Positions 16,862 to 25,375 of a DNA stretch of 36,067 nt are shown here, in pieces. The stretch's first letter is position 1. Every line of letters begins with the position of its first letter. This DNA is from a virus (lineage: Duplodnaviria > Caudoviricetes). Under the pieces are notes generated by a model, which saw only the letters and a program-made list of their open reading frames with translations, had not been told where the DNA came from and made no database searches. Where the stretch lies: positions 1-36,067 of IMG/VR virus record IMGVR_UViG_3300025358_000001; one strand, given 5' to 3'. The translations under genes were made by a program, and so were the position numbers.

Positions 16862-17013
16862 GCTTAACATTATACAAACAATACAAAATTACAACAGTTA
16901 AGTTAACTAAATACAACACTAGGGAAACTACCTAAACATAGACAGTTAAACTAGGTTAACATTCAGTCATGCCGAAGCATAAAGCAAGCGGATATTTTTT
17001 AAAGGACTGTTAA
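16862..17013. promoter_or_regulatory. Divergent early control region with repeated GTTAA boxes
   Basis: Strand switch; ACAGTTAA at 16894 and 16942, GTTAAC at 16902 and 16955, TAGG-N7-CCTA at 16920-16934. Confidence 0.55.
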
Positions 17014-17148
17014 ATGAAAAAACAATACATCATAGATACACAAGACACATTGCAACATTATGAGTTTGCAACTGTTCAACAAGCATTAGATTTTGCTCGT
17101 GAATTACTAAGGGTAAACAGACCTTTTATTATGTTCACAACCAAATGA
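17014..17148 (+). CDS. 44-aa hypothetical early protein
   Basis: AAAGGA RBS; MKKQYIIDTQDTLQHYEFATVQQALDFARELLRVNRPFIMFTTK; ATGA overlap with next. Confidence 0.6.
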   Translation: MKKQYIIDTQDTLQHYEFATVQQALDFARELLRVNRPFIMFTTK

Positions 17149-17255
17149 CAAAACAACAAGCCAACCTTATTCTTGACCAAGTTAAGGTTGGCATTCCACA
17201 CCCAACATATTTAATTAACTTAGCTTTAACAGTAACAGGAGATTTAAAGCCATGA
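17145..17255 (+). CDS. 36-aa hypothetical early protein
   Basis: MTKQQANLILDQVKVGIPHPTYLINLALTVTGDLKP; ATGA overlaps at both ends. Confidence 0.6.
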   Translation: MTKQQANLILDQVKVGIPHPTYLINLALTVTGDLKP

Positions 17256-17413
17256 AATTCCACAGAACAATTAACGAAGCCTTTCCACACACTATGGAAT
17301 ATGGATGTTCCATTGAAAAACCAAGGTTAACTCGTTCAGAAAGGGTGTTAACAGTTGTTTACGCTTTAGCTGCTTTGGTTGTAATGTTTGACCTTTTCTT
17401 TTGGAGGCCATGA
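17252..17413 (+). CDS. 53-aa protein with C-terminal TM helix
   Basis: MKFHRTINEAFPHTMEYGCSIE..VLTVVYALAALVVMFDLFFWRP; AGGAG RBS; ATGA overlaps. Confidence 0.6.
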   Translation: MKFHRTINEAFPHTMEYGCSIEKPRLTRSERVLTVVYALAALVVMFDLFFWRP

Positions 17414-17607
17414 TGACTAGATTTGAACACATACAGAAATCATGTAATGACGCATTGGAAAAGTACAGAATTGCTGATGAACTTAACTTTCAAGTTGGGT
17501 ATTACAAAGCACAGGTAGCATCACTTTGCATTGACATTGAATACTTGCATGACGAAATGGAATTTTTAGAAAAAGAAATTAAAGAATTAAGAAGGGAATT
17601 AGCATGA
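17410..17607 (+). CDS. Hypothetical coiled-coil protein
   Basis: ORF coupled by ATGA overlaps to neighbours. Confidence 0.6.
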   Translation: MMTRFEHIQKSCNDALEKYRIADELNFQVGYYKAQVASLCIDIEYLHDEMEFLEKEIKELRRELA

Positions 17608-18164
17608 AAGAAATAGCATCAGCATTGGTTAAAGCACAAAAGGCCTTTGGCCCTGCATTAAAGCAGTCTTTAAACCCTCATTTCAAGTCTAAGTACGTTG
17701 ACCTAGCCAGTTGCGTTGAAGCAGTTATAGACGCTTTAAACGATAACGGCATATTTCTTAGTCAACACACTTACGAACACAATGAAGGAATCGTAATTGA
17801 GACTGTGTTTACGCATGAATCAGGTGAACAAATGAATTGCGGACGTTTGTTTTTTCCAGCTAACAAGCACGATCCTCAGGGCTTTATGTCATGTTTGACT
17901 TACATTCGCCGGGCTTCTTTGATGGCAGCGACTGGTCAAGCTCCAGAAGACGATGATGGCAATAAAGCAAGTGCCCCAAAGCCTTTTAAGTCACAGGTAG
18001 ACCCCAAGCAAATTGACCATTTGATTGAAAAAATGAGAGCTACTGAAACCAAAGAAGCCTTGGTTGCGAGTTACAAGATAGCCCATGCTGCCTGTTTCCA
18101 TGAGAAAGACTGGGAAGCCAAGGTTGTAGCAGTTAAGGACGAACTTAAAAAGGCCTACGAATGA
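17604..18164 (+). CDS. erf: ERF family single-strand annealing protein
   Basis: ALVKAQ..NPHFKSKYVDL..HESGE..PQGFMSCLTYIRR..EDDDGN. Confidence 0.92.
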   Translation: MKEIASALVKAQKAFGPALKQSLNPHFKSKYVDLASCVEAVIDALNDNGIFLSQHTYEHNEGIVIETVFTHESGEQMNCGRLFFPANKHDPQGFMSCLTYIRRASLMAATGQAPEDDDGNKASAPKPFKSQVDPKQIDHLIEKMRATETKEALVASYKIAHAACFHEKDWEAKVVAVKDELKKAYE

Positions 18165-18313
18165 CTGACTTAAAAGAAGAATATTATTTTGAGTACATGG
18201 AGGAGCTGTCTTACAAGCGTTATACGCAAGTGTTAAGCAGATACCCAAATTGTCGTGACCCAGAACATCCTGAATGTGAATTATGCAGAGAGGAAGAAAA
18301 TGAAGAAAATTAA
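18161..18313 (+). CDS. 50-aa acidic Cys/His protein
   Basis: MTDLKEEYYFEYMEE..PNCRDPEHPECELCREEENEEN; ATGA overlap with erf. Confidence 0.55.
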   Translation: MTDLKEEYYFEYMEELSYKRYTQVLSRYPNCRDPEHPECELCREEENEEN

Positions 18314-18506
18314 AGACAAAACAAAAGAGCAGCTCCATGATGAAATTATGGGATTGTTTCTAGGCCAAGAAATGTGGACAACTTTGGAAGCCTTAATAGA
18401 AACCACAGTTGGTGTTGCTGAACACATGGAACTTGATAGATTTGACCTTATGCGTTTAATCATGTCTGAGCTAGAACTTTACGAAGAAATGGAGAGTGTT
18501 CAATGA
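18300..18506 (+). CDS. Hypothetical acidic protein
   Basis: GAGGA RBS before ATG 18300; coupled to the exonuclease gene. Confidence 0.55.
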   Translation: MKKIKDKTKEQLHDEIMGLFLGQEMWTTLEALIETTVGVAEHMELDRFDLMRLIMSELELYEEMESVQ

Positions 18507-19114
18507 TTGAGCAACGCACAGAAGCATGGCATTTGCAGCGTCTTGGTAAGGTAACTGCTAGTCGAGTTGCTGATGTCATAGCCAAAACTAAATCAGGCCC
18601 AAGTGCTAGTAGAGAGAACTATGCAACCCAATTGGTTCTAGAAAGGCTCACAAACAGCGTAGGAGAGGCTTTTTCAAGCCCTGCTATGCAATGGGGTACA
18701 GACCAAGAGCCAAACGCTAGAAACGCTTATGAGCTGAAAATGAGCACATTTGTTAAGGAAGTTGGTTTCATTGACCATCCAACGATTGACATGAGTGGTG
18801 CTAGTCCTGATGGATTTGTAGGTGAAGATGGCTTGGTAGAAATTAAGTGTCCTAATTCATCAACACACATTGACACATTGGTAAGCCAAAAAGTACCAGC
18901 TAAATACTTGCCCCAAATGCAATGGCAAATGGCTTGTACTGGTCGCAAATGGTGTGATTTTGTGAGTTTTGACCCAAGAATGCCTGAAAACTTGCAGTTA
19001 TTTGTTAAGCGTATTGAGTTTGAGGCCCAGTACGTCAAGATGTTGGAACTAGAAATCACAGAGTTTTTAGAAGAAGTTAATCAAAAAGTAATCACATTAA
19101 GGAATTTAAAATGA
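18503..19114 (+). CDS. YqaJ/lambda-exonuclease family protein
   Basis: QRTEAW..RLGKVTAS..AMQWG..EP.AR..GASPDG..EIKCP..QMQWQM..CDFVSFDPR. Confidence 0.93.
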   Translation: MIEQRTEAWHLQRLGKVTASRVADVIAKTKSGPSASRENYATQLVLERLTNSVGEAFSSPAMQWGTDQEPNARNAYELKMSTFVKEVGFIDHPTIDMSGASPDGFVGEDGLVEIKCPNSSTHIDTLVSQKVPAKYLPQMQWQMACTGRKWCDFVSFDPRMPENLQLFVKRIEFEAQYVKMLELEITEFLEEVNQKVITLRNLK

Positions 19115-19383
19115 AAAAAGATATCAAAGTAAAAATGCGTACCTATGTTGACAAAAATGGTGAAACAAAAAATTACTGGATGAAAATTGGCACATTGGTG
19201 CAAACAGACAAAGGTGAATCAATAAATATTGAATGTTTCCCAGTAATTGAAGGCGGTTGGAATGGTTGGGCATCTGTTTTTGAAGCCAAAGAAGATTTCG
19301 CACCTAAACCCCAATATCAGGCTAGGCCAAATTTAAGGCAAGAGCCAAGACTTAGCTTAACAGACGAAGACATTCCCTTTTGA
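19111..19383 (+). CDS. Small SSB-like protein
   Basis: Beta-rich N-terminus and acidic DEDIPF C-terminal tail; follows exo/erf. Confidence 0.65.
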   Translation: MKKDIKVKMRTYVDKNGETKNYWMKIGTLVQTDKGESINIECFPVIEGGWNGWASVFEAKEDFAPKPQYQARPNLRQEPRLSLTDEDIPF

Positions 19384-19712
19384 GGTGCAACATGGATTTA
19401 TTTAAAGCAATGAACTTACCTGAGTTTGGAACTTTGCCAAAGTTTTTGGCTAGAAAAGAAGCTCCAGAAACGTCAAAAGAGGCAGCAGAGAAGGTAGATA
19501 CCCAAACCCTTGAAAGAATCGTTTATGAGGTCATTAGAAGCCATCCAGAGGGATGTATATCAGACCAAGTGCTTGCCCAACTCCATAATTTGCCTTATGG
19601 GTCAGTTACAGCTCGTTATGCTGCCTTAAAGCGTAAAAAGTTAATCTATACAACTGACGAAAAAAGGGAAGGCAAAGCTGGTAAGCCTCAGTATGTGATG
19701 AGGGCTGCTTAA
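19380..19712 (+). CDS. Winged-helix DNA-binding protein
   Basis: AR..PETSKEAA..VYEVI..GCISDQV..SVTARYAAL..LIY pattern; start uncertain (ATG 19392 possible). Confidence 0.6.
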   Translation: MRCNMDLFKAMNLPEFGTLPKFLARKEAPETSKEAAEKVDTQTLERIVYEVIRSHPEGCISDQVLAQLHNLPYGSVTARYAALKRKKLIYTTDEKREGKAGKPQYVMRAA

Positions 19713-19767
19713 AAAAGTAGTTGACAAACTTAAATTGTGATATAGTGGAATGGCTACAAAAAGTAGT
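19712..19767 (+). promoter_or_regulatory. Putative late-operon promoter flanked by AAAAAGTAGT direct repeats
   Basis: TTGACA 19721-26, extended -10 TGaTATAGT 19738-46 (spacer only 14 nt); repeats at 19712-21 and 19758-67. Confidence 0.5.
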
Positions 19768-19796
19768 GTTTTTTGCAAAGAAACAAAGGATTTATC

Positions 19797-20135
19797 ATGG
19801 GTTATCCAAAAATGGAGAAAGAGCCAAAGGGAGTTACATCTTCTGATCGCACAGGCATGAAGAAGGTAAGCGTTCCTATGGAAGACAAAGAAGTATTTAA
19901 AACAGGTGCAACTGGTGAGAGAGTGCCAAAGGGTGCTTTGTCTTCAGACACATCTGGTGAAAGAAAAAGACCCATCATGGGTGGTGTTGGCATGGGTAAG
20001 GCTGATGGTATTGGCGAGCGTGACGCTGGTCACATGGGCCATCACGATGGACGTTTGGGAGAAATGAACACAGGTTCAAGAGAGCACGTTGTTTACGAGC
20101 ACAAGCGTTACGACCACGACCAAGATGGTATGTAA
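19797..20135 (+). CDS. Hypothetical Gly/charged low-complexity protein
   Basis: AAAGGA RBS before ATG 19797. Confidence 0.65.
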   Translation: MGYPKMEKEPKGVTSSDRTGMKKVSVPMEDKEVFKTGATGERVPKGALSSDTSGERKRPIMGGVGMGKADGIGERDAGHMGHHDGRLGEMNTGSREHVVYEHKRYDHDQDGM

Positions 20136-20142
20136 AGCGAAA

Positions 20143-20170
20143 CCCATCTAAGTGAGCATACCTAGATGGG
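20143..20170 (+). other. Intergenic stem-loop
   Basis: CCCATCTA (20143-50) / TAGATGGG (20163-70); weak T tail so terminator role is uncertain. Confidence 0.45.
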
Positions 20171-20201
20171 CTTCTAACCAAGAAAGTCAAAGGGTACTTT
20201 A

Positions 20202-20447
20202 ATGGCTGGAAATGATTGTAAGTCATGCAGACATTTTCATGGCAAGGATTTGGGAGTTTGCAGGAGGTATCCTGTTTACCAAATGAGGCATGAGAATGAG
20301 CTGTGTGGAGAATTTGCAGAGAAAGCAGTTGCCAAGCCTTTACCTGATTCTGATGAGTCAGGTGTTTTTTCGCACATGGAAAGGCAGCTCTTAGAATTAC
20401 CAGTTCTTGAAGACCCCCCAAAACGCAGAGGGAGGCCAAAGAAATGA
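20202..20447 (+). CDS. Small Cys-rich protein with C-terminal AT-hook-like KRRGRPKK
   Basis: CKSCRHF..GVCRRYP..CGEF; RGRP motif. Confidence 0.65.
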   Translation: MAGNDCKSCRHFHGKDLGVCRRYPVYQMRHENELCGEFAEKAVAKPLPDSDESGVFSHMERQLLELPVLEDPPKRRGRPKK

Positions 20448-20722
20448 AACCATTAAGAGACAAGATATTTGTCAGACCTGAATCAAGATTTCAAAGCACG
20501 TTATACATTCAAACTGCAGAAGTAGACACTTGTGGATACATTGTTGCAGTAGGTGATGAGGCCAAAGAAGAAGGCCTTAATATTGGTGACAAGGTTTACT
20601 TTGGGACATTAGCCAAAGACTACAAAGACGAGTATTTAAAATACCAAGAATTCAAGGACAATGACCAAAGATTATTGGTTATGTCATGGCAAGACGTTTG
20701 TTTTGTGGAGGAAATAGAATGA
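20444..20722 (+). CDS. groES: GroES-like co-chaperonin
   Basis: MKPLRDKIFVRP..G.IVAVG..IGDKVYFG..LLVMSWQDVCFV. Confidence 0.75.
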   Translation: MKPLRDKIFVRPESRFQSTLYIQTAEVDTCGYIVAVGDEAKEEGLNIGDKVYFGTLAKDYKDEYLKYQEFKDNDQRLLVMSWQDVCFVEEIE

Positions 20723-20877
20723 AAGCTGGACTTTACGCAAATATTCATGCCAAGCAAGAACGCATCAAAAAGGAAAAGGCAGAGGGAAAGCCTGTAGAAA
20801 AGATGCGTAAGGTAGGCTCAAAGGGTGCTCCAACTGCAGAAGCATTCAAACAATCAGCTAAGACCGCCAAAAAATGA
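20719..20877 (+). CDS. Small basic protein
   Basis: MKAGLYANIHAKQERIK..KGAPTAEAFKQSAKTAKK; GGAGG RBS; ATGA overlap. Confidence 0.7.
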   Translation: MKAGLYANIHAKQERIKKEKAEGKPVEKMRKVGSKGAPTAEAFKQSAKTAKK

Positions 20878-21146
20878 AAAAGCACGATAAACCCATAGAA
20901 CACAAGACAACTGGTAAGGGCAAGACTTACAACCCTACAGAAAAGGGTGCAGGAATGACTGCAAAGGGTCGTGCTGAATACAATGCAAAGAATGGTAGCC
21001 ACTTAAAAACACCAGCTCCTAACCCAAAGACTAAGAAGGATGAGGGTAGGAAGGCAAGTTTCTGTGCCCGAATGGAAGGGGTTGTCAAAAACGCTAAAGG
21101 CCCTGCAGAAAGGGCTAAAGCATCACTCAAAAACTGGAACTGTTAA
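20874..21146 (+). CDS. Small basic protein
   Basis: GMTAKGRAEYN..LKTPAP..RKASFCARM..SLKNWNC. Confidence 0.7.
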   Translation: MKKHDKPIEHKTTGKGKTYNPTEKGAGMTAKGRAEYNAKNGSHLKTPAPNPKTKKDEGRKASFCARMEGVVKNAKGPAERAKASLKNWNC

Positions 21147-21148
21147 TC

Positions 21149-21304
21149 ATGCCACTTATTAAATCAACTAAACCTGAAGCATTTAAAAAGAACATTAAAA
21201 CAGAAGTTGCAGCAGGTAAGCCTGTCAAGCAAGCTGTTGCGATTGCGTACTTAGAAAAGCGTGAAGCTGCAAAGAAACCTAAACCAATGAAAAAAGGAAA
21301 GTAA
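21149..21304 (+). CDS. 51-aa basic protein
   Basis: MPLIKSTKPEAFKKNIKTEVAAGKPVKQAVAIAYLEKREAAKKPKPMKKGK. Confidence 0.7.
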   Translation: MPLIKSTKPEAFKKNIKTEVAAGKPVKQAVAIAYLEKREAAKKPKPMKKGK

Positions 21305-21466
21305 ATGTTTAACTTTAGCCACTCAACACAAGAAGTTAATTTGGTTATTCAGTCTTTAGAGCACAAGATTAGAGACTTAACAGAACTACTTAACAAAATG
21401 GTAGCCCAAGCACAAGCCCAAGCACCAAAGCCAGCAGTAACTGAACAATCAGAAACACCACAATGA
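21305..21466 (+). CDS. 53-aa hypothetical protein
   Basis: AAAGGA RBS; MFNFSHSTQEVNLVIQSLEHKIRDLTELL..; ATGA overlap with terS. Confidence 0.6.
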   Translation: MFNFSHSTQEVNLVIQSLEHKIRDLTELLNKMVAQAQAQAPKPAVTEQSETPQ

Positions 21467-21882
21467 CTGAAACTTTAAAGCCCTTTGGTAGACCAACTCT
21501 CTATGACCCTGCATATTGCGATCAAGTCAGGGAATTGGGCGCATTGGGCAAAAGTATTGAGCAAATTAGTTCTAAATTAGGTGTTTCAATTAGAACAATT
21601 TATGTATGGAAGGATGCTTATCCTGACTTTTTGCAAGCCATGGAGGATGCTAAGATAGCTGAACAGAATTGGTGGGAAGAACAAGGCCAGTTGTATATGC
21701 TTGAGCACAAGGATGGAGCAAAGCTGAATGCTAGTATTTGGTCAAGAAGCATGGCAGCAAGGTTTCCCAAGAAGTACAGGGACAATAGCAAGGTAGAGTT
21801 AACAGGAGAGGGTGGAACACCACTCATCCCAAGTATTCAGGTGACGTTTGTCAAGCCTAACGAAGTTGGTGAAAAGGATTAG
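21463..21882 (+). CDS. terS: Terminase small subunit
   Basis: GRPTLY..HTH (KSIEQISSKLGVSIRTIYVW)..YPDF..KVELTG; directly before terL. Confidence 0.8.
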   Translation: MTETLKPFGRPTLYDPAYCDQVRELGALGKSIEQISSKLGVSIRTIYVWKDAYPDFLQAMEDAKIAEQNWWEEQGQLYMLEHKDGAKLNASIWSRSMAARFPKKYRDNSKVELTGEGGTPLIPSIQVTFVKPNEVGEKD

Positions 21883-21945
21883 CCCCTTGGATGGGTTTCA
21901 TAGAAGTGTTGTCCTGTCCAACCCTGCTTTATGGGAGCACCAACT
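21864..21945. other. 82-nt structured insert bounded by 8-nt inverted repeats
   Basis: AGTTGGTG (21864-71) / CACCAACT (21938-45), with inner complementary arms GCCCC/GGAGC and TTGGATGGG/CCTGTCCAA. Confidence 0.55.
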
Positions 21946-23217
21946 GTGAATTTGCAAGAAGCCATTAACAAGGTAGAGTTTCCTGAGAAGCTAGAATGCC
22001 TGTTTAAGCCATCAAGGTATAAAGTCTTGTGGGGTGGTCGAGGGGGTGCAAAGTCTTGGGGGATTGCAAGAGCCTTGTTGATTCAAGGTGCAATTAAGCC
22101 TTTACGCATTCTTTGTGCTCGTGAATTCCAAACTTCAATTAAAGATTCAGTTCACAAGCTCCTGAGTGACCAGATTGCGTCTATGGAGCTAACTGAGTTC
22201 TATGAGATTACTGACAGAACAATCAGGGGCAAAAATGGTTCAGAATTTAACTTTGTTGGCCTAAAGAACAACGTAGCTAACGTCAAGTCTTATGAGGGTG
22301 TGGACATTTGTTGGGTTGAGGAAGGCCAAAGCGTGTCTGCTAGGTCATGGGATGTATTGATTCCTACGGTCAGGAAAGAACAATCAGAGATTTGGGTAAG
22401 TTTTAACCCAGAGCTGGAATCTGACAATACTTACCAACGTTTCATCATCCATAGCCCAAGTGATGCTCAAGTCGTTAAGATTAACTGGTCAGACAATCCT
22501 TGGTTTCCTGAAACGTTAAGGTTAGAGAAAGATGCCCTCAAAGCTCGTGACCCAGAGGCTTATGCAACAGTCTGGGAAGGTGTTTGTAGGCAGACTGTAG
22601 ATGGTGCTATCTTTGCCAAAGAGCTGCAGATGGCTGAGTTGCAAGGCAGGATTGCCAAGGTTAACTATGACCCTGTAAAGCCAGTTCATGCAGTCTTTGA
22701 CCTTGGTTGGTCAGATGCAACTGCTATTTGGTTTGTCCAGTTCATAGGCATGGAAACAAGGCTAATCAGATACCATGAGACAAGCCAAGAAACGATTTCA
22801 GCGATCATGGCTAAGTTGCAGACCTTTGGCTACATGATAGATACATTGTGGTTGCCACACGATGCCCAAAACAGGACGTTAGCATCAAATGGCAAGAGCA
22901 TTGAAGAAATAGTGCGTTCTTTAGGATTTAAGACTAGAATATTGGAAAGAGTGCCAATTGTTGATTCTATTAACGCTGCAAGAACAATCTTTCCTAATTG
23001 CTATTTTGATCGCACTAACTGTGAAGAAGGGCTACAAGCCTTGAGGCATTACAGGTATGAGGTCGATCCTGATACCAAAGCATTTAGCAAGACTCCATTG
23101 CACGACCAATACAGTCATGGTGCTGATGCCTTTAGGTACATTGGCTTAATGGTCAATGAGCCTAAAAAGGTAGTTAAGAAGGCAGTATATCAACCCTCAG
23201 TCAATTGGATGGGCTAA
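21946..23217 (+). CDS. terL: Terminase large subunit (PBSX/Terminase_3-like)
   Basis: Walker A GGRGGAKS, CAREFQ, Walker B CWVEE, SFNP, nuclease DLG..D and SHGADAFRY; GTG 21946 has a GGAG RBS (ATG 21931 is the alternative). Confidence 0.95.
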   Translation: MNLQEAINKVEFPEKLECLFKPSRYKVLWGGRGGAKSWGIARALLIQGAIKPLRILCAREFQTSIKDSVHKLLSDQIASMELTEFYEITDRTIRGKNGSEFNFVGLKNNVANVKSYEGVDICWVEEGQSVSARSWDVLIPTVRKEQSEIWVSFNPELESDNTYQRFIIHSPSDAQVVKINWSDNPWFPETLRLEKDALKARDPEAYATVWEGVCRQTVDGAIFAKELQMAELQGRIAKVNYDPVKPVHAVFDLGWSDATAIWFVQFIGMETRLIRYHETSQETISAIMAKLQTFGYMIDTLWLPHDAQNRTLASNGKSIEEIVRSLGFKTRILERVPIVDSINAARTIFPNCYFDRTNCEEGLQALRHYRYEVDPDTKAFSKTPLHDQYSHGADAFRYIGLMVNEPKKVVKKAVYQPSVNWMG

Positions 23218-23219
23218 AA

Positions 23220-25295
23220 ATGGACGATCTTGAATCAAATGGTCTAATCGAAGAAGCACAGGAGTTCTTGCATCTGTGTACTACAGCAGACATGATGAAT
23301 CGTCAGGAAGCCCTAGAAGACCTTAGATTTAGTGCTGGTGACCAATGGCCTGTTGAAATTCAAAACAGTCGTACGCTTGAATCTAGGCCTTGCCTGACCA
23401 TCAATAAGATAGATGCCTATGTTCGCCAAGTCGTAAACAACATCAGGCAACAAAGACCTAGAATCAAAGTCCATGCTGTAAACAATAACCAAGACATTAA
23501 GATGGCTGACATTGTGCAAGGAATGATTAGGCACATTGAGGTTAACTCAGATGCTGACCAAGCCTATGACACAGCAGTAGACTTTCAGGTCAGGATGGGA
23601 TGGGGATTTATTAGGGTCACACACGATTATGTAAGCCCTGATAGCTTTGACCAAGAAATCTTCATCAAGCCTATTATTAACCCATTTACAGTTTATTTTG
23701 ACCCTAATTCAGTAGCCCCTGATGGTTCTGATGCTGAAAGGGTGCTGATTTCTGAGGTGTTAAGCAAGGAAACATTTAGAAAGATGTACCCTGATGCTGA
23801 CGATGGTGCTCAGTTTAACCTTAGAGGAACTGGTGATACCAACGCAGAATGGGTTACCAAGGAAGATATTCGCATTGCTGAATACTTCTACACAGTACAG
23901 AAGAAAACCAAGTTATTGATGCTTGCTGATGGCACTAAAGTCTATAAAGAAGACTTTAAAGGCAATGCAGAAGACATCATTGACCAACGTGACACCATCA
24001 AAAAAGAAATTAGATGGGCTAAAGTCACAGGTATGCAAGTGCTTGAAGAAGGTGTTTGGGCAGGTAAGCACATTCCCATTGTGCCTGTTTATGGTCAACA
24101 ACTGATTGTTGAGAACAAGCGTAAGAAGTTTGGCATGGTCAGGCAAGCCAAAGACCCACAAAGGATGTACAACTTCTGGCAGACTAGCTTAACTGAGTCT
24201 ATTGCCCTAGCACCAAAACCTAAGTGGTTGATTGCTGAAGGCCAAGACGAGGGCCATGAGACTGAATGGGCACAAGCTAACATCAAGAGTGCTGCAGTTC
24301 TGCGTTACAAGCAAAAAGACATTGAGGGTATGCCAGCTCCTGTGCCTACTCGCATTCAACCAGAAGCTCCTCCTGCTGGAATTATGACTGCTTCTGCCCA
24401 AGTATCCCAAGATATGCAAGCAGTTATTGGCATTGTTGACCCTAACCAGCTACCACAAGGCAATATTTCTGGTAAAGCCTTGAATGGTCAGCAACAACAG
24501 GTTGACATTAGCAATTTCCACTTTTACGACAATTTGACTCGTTCACAACGTCAGATTGGTAAGATTTGCTTGGATTTGATTCCCAAAATATATGATGCTC
24601 AACGCACAATGAGGATTATTGGGGAAGATGGCAAGCCTGATTTGGTTGAAATTAACACCTATGGGGTAGATGAAGAAGGTGTTTATAGGGTTTTAAATGA
24701 CACAACCATTGGTGAGTACGACATTGTGATGGACACAGGTCCGGGGTACAACAGCAAGCGTCAAGAAGCCATTGAAAGCATGATGCCCTTGCTTGCAGCA
24801 GACCCAAGCCTGATGCAGATTGCTGGTGACTTGTTCTTCAGAAACATGGATTTTCATGGTGCTCAGACCATTGCAGACAGATTGGCAGCAGCTAATCCCA
24901 TGTCCAAGATTGATGAGAAATCTAAGATTCCTCCACAAGTTCAGATGCAGTTAGCCATGTCTCAGCAGCAGTTACAGGCAATGCAACAACAAGTTCAGCA
25001 GTTGCAAATGACCATTAAGCAGCGTTCAGACATTGAAAGTGTTAAGCAACAAGCAGAAACTCAGCGTGAATTGATGAGACAGACTGCCAAAGCACACAAT
25101 ACTGAATCCATGCTTGAGGCCAAAGTGCATGACGTTAACATGAGGGCTGTAAGTAGCCAGAACAAGACAGAAATTGAGTCAATTATGGAGTTGTTGTTGC
25201 ATCACATGGATACTGCAAGATTGGAAAAGGAAATTGCAGCTAGAAATGCTGAACAGTACCAGTATGCTAACCAAAGTGTGCAGTCTATACAGTAA
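23220..25295 (+). CDS. Portal protein, P22 gp1-like
   Basis: GDQWP..RPCLTIN..KDPQRMYN..SGKAL..YD..R.MRI.GEDG..G.YDIV..GP.Y.SKRQE; Gln-rich C-terminal barrel-like coiled coil. Confidence 0.92.
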   Translation: MDDLESNGLIEEAQEFLHLCTTADMMNRQEALEDLRFSAGDQWPVEIQNSRTLESRPCLTINKIDAYVRQVVNNIRQQRPRIKVHAVNNNQDIKMADIVQGMIRHIEVNSDADQAYDTAVDFQVRMGWGFIRVTHDYVSPDSFDQEIFIKPIINPFTVYFDPNSVAPDGSDAERVLISEVLSKETFRKMYPDADDGAQFNLRGTGDTNAEWVTKEDIRIAEYFYTVQKKTKLLMLADGTKVYKEDFKGNAEDIIDQRDTIKKEIRWAKVTGMQVLEEGVWAGKHIPIVPVYGQQLIVENKRKKFGMVRQAKDPQRMYNFWQTSLTESIALAPKPKWLIAEGQDEGHETEWAQANIKSAAVLRYKQKDIEGMPAPVPTRIQPEAPPAGIMTASAQVSQDMQAVIGIVDPNQLPQGNISGKALNGQQQQVDISNFHFYDNLTRSQRQIGKICLDLIPKIYDAQRTMRIIGEDGKPDLVEINTYGVDEEGVYRVLNDTTIGEYDIVMDTGPGYNSKRQEAIESMMPLLAADPSLMQIAGDLFFRNMDFHGAQTIADRLAAANPMSKIDEKSKIPPQVQMQLAMSQQQLQAMQQQVQQLQMTIKQRSDIESVKQQAETQRELMRQTAKAHNTESMLEAKVHDVNMRAVSSQNKTEIESIMELLLHHMDTARLEKEIAARNAEQYQYANQSVQSIQ

Positions 25296-25324
25296 TTGAC
25301 ACAGTAATGATTTCGGTCTATATT
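25296..25324 (+). promoter_or_regulatory. Putative sigma70 promoter for scaffold/coat genes
   Basis: TTGACA (25296-301), 17-nt spacer, TATATT (25319-24). Confidence 0.6.
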
Positions 25325-25375
25325 GACCAAAAACCTTACCAGTTAGGTTAACTGGGCAAATCCTTGGATAAAACC

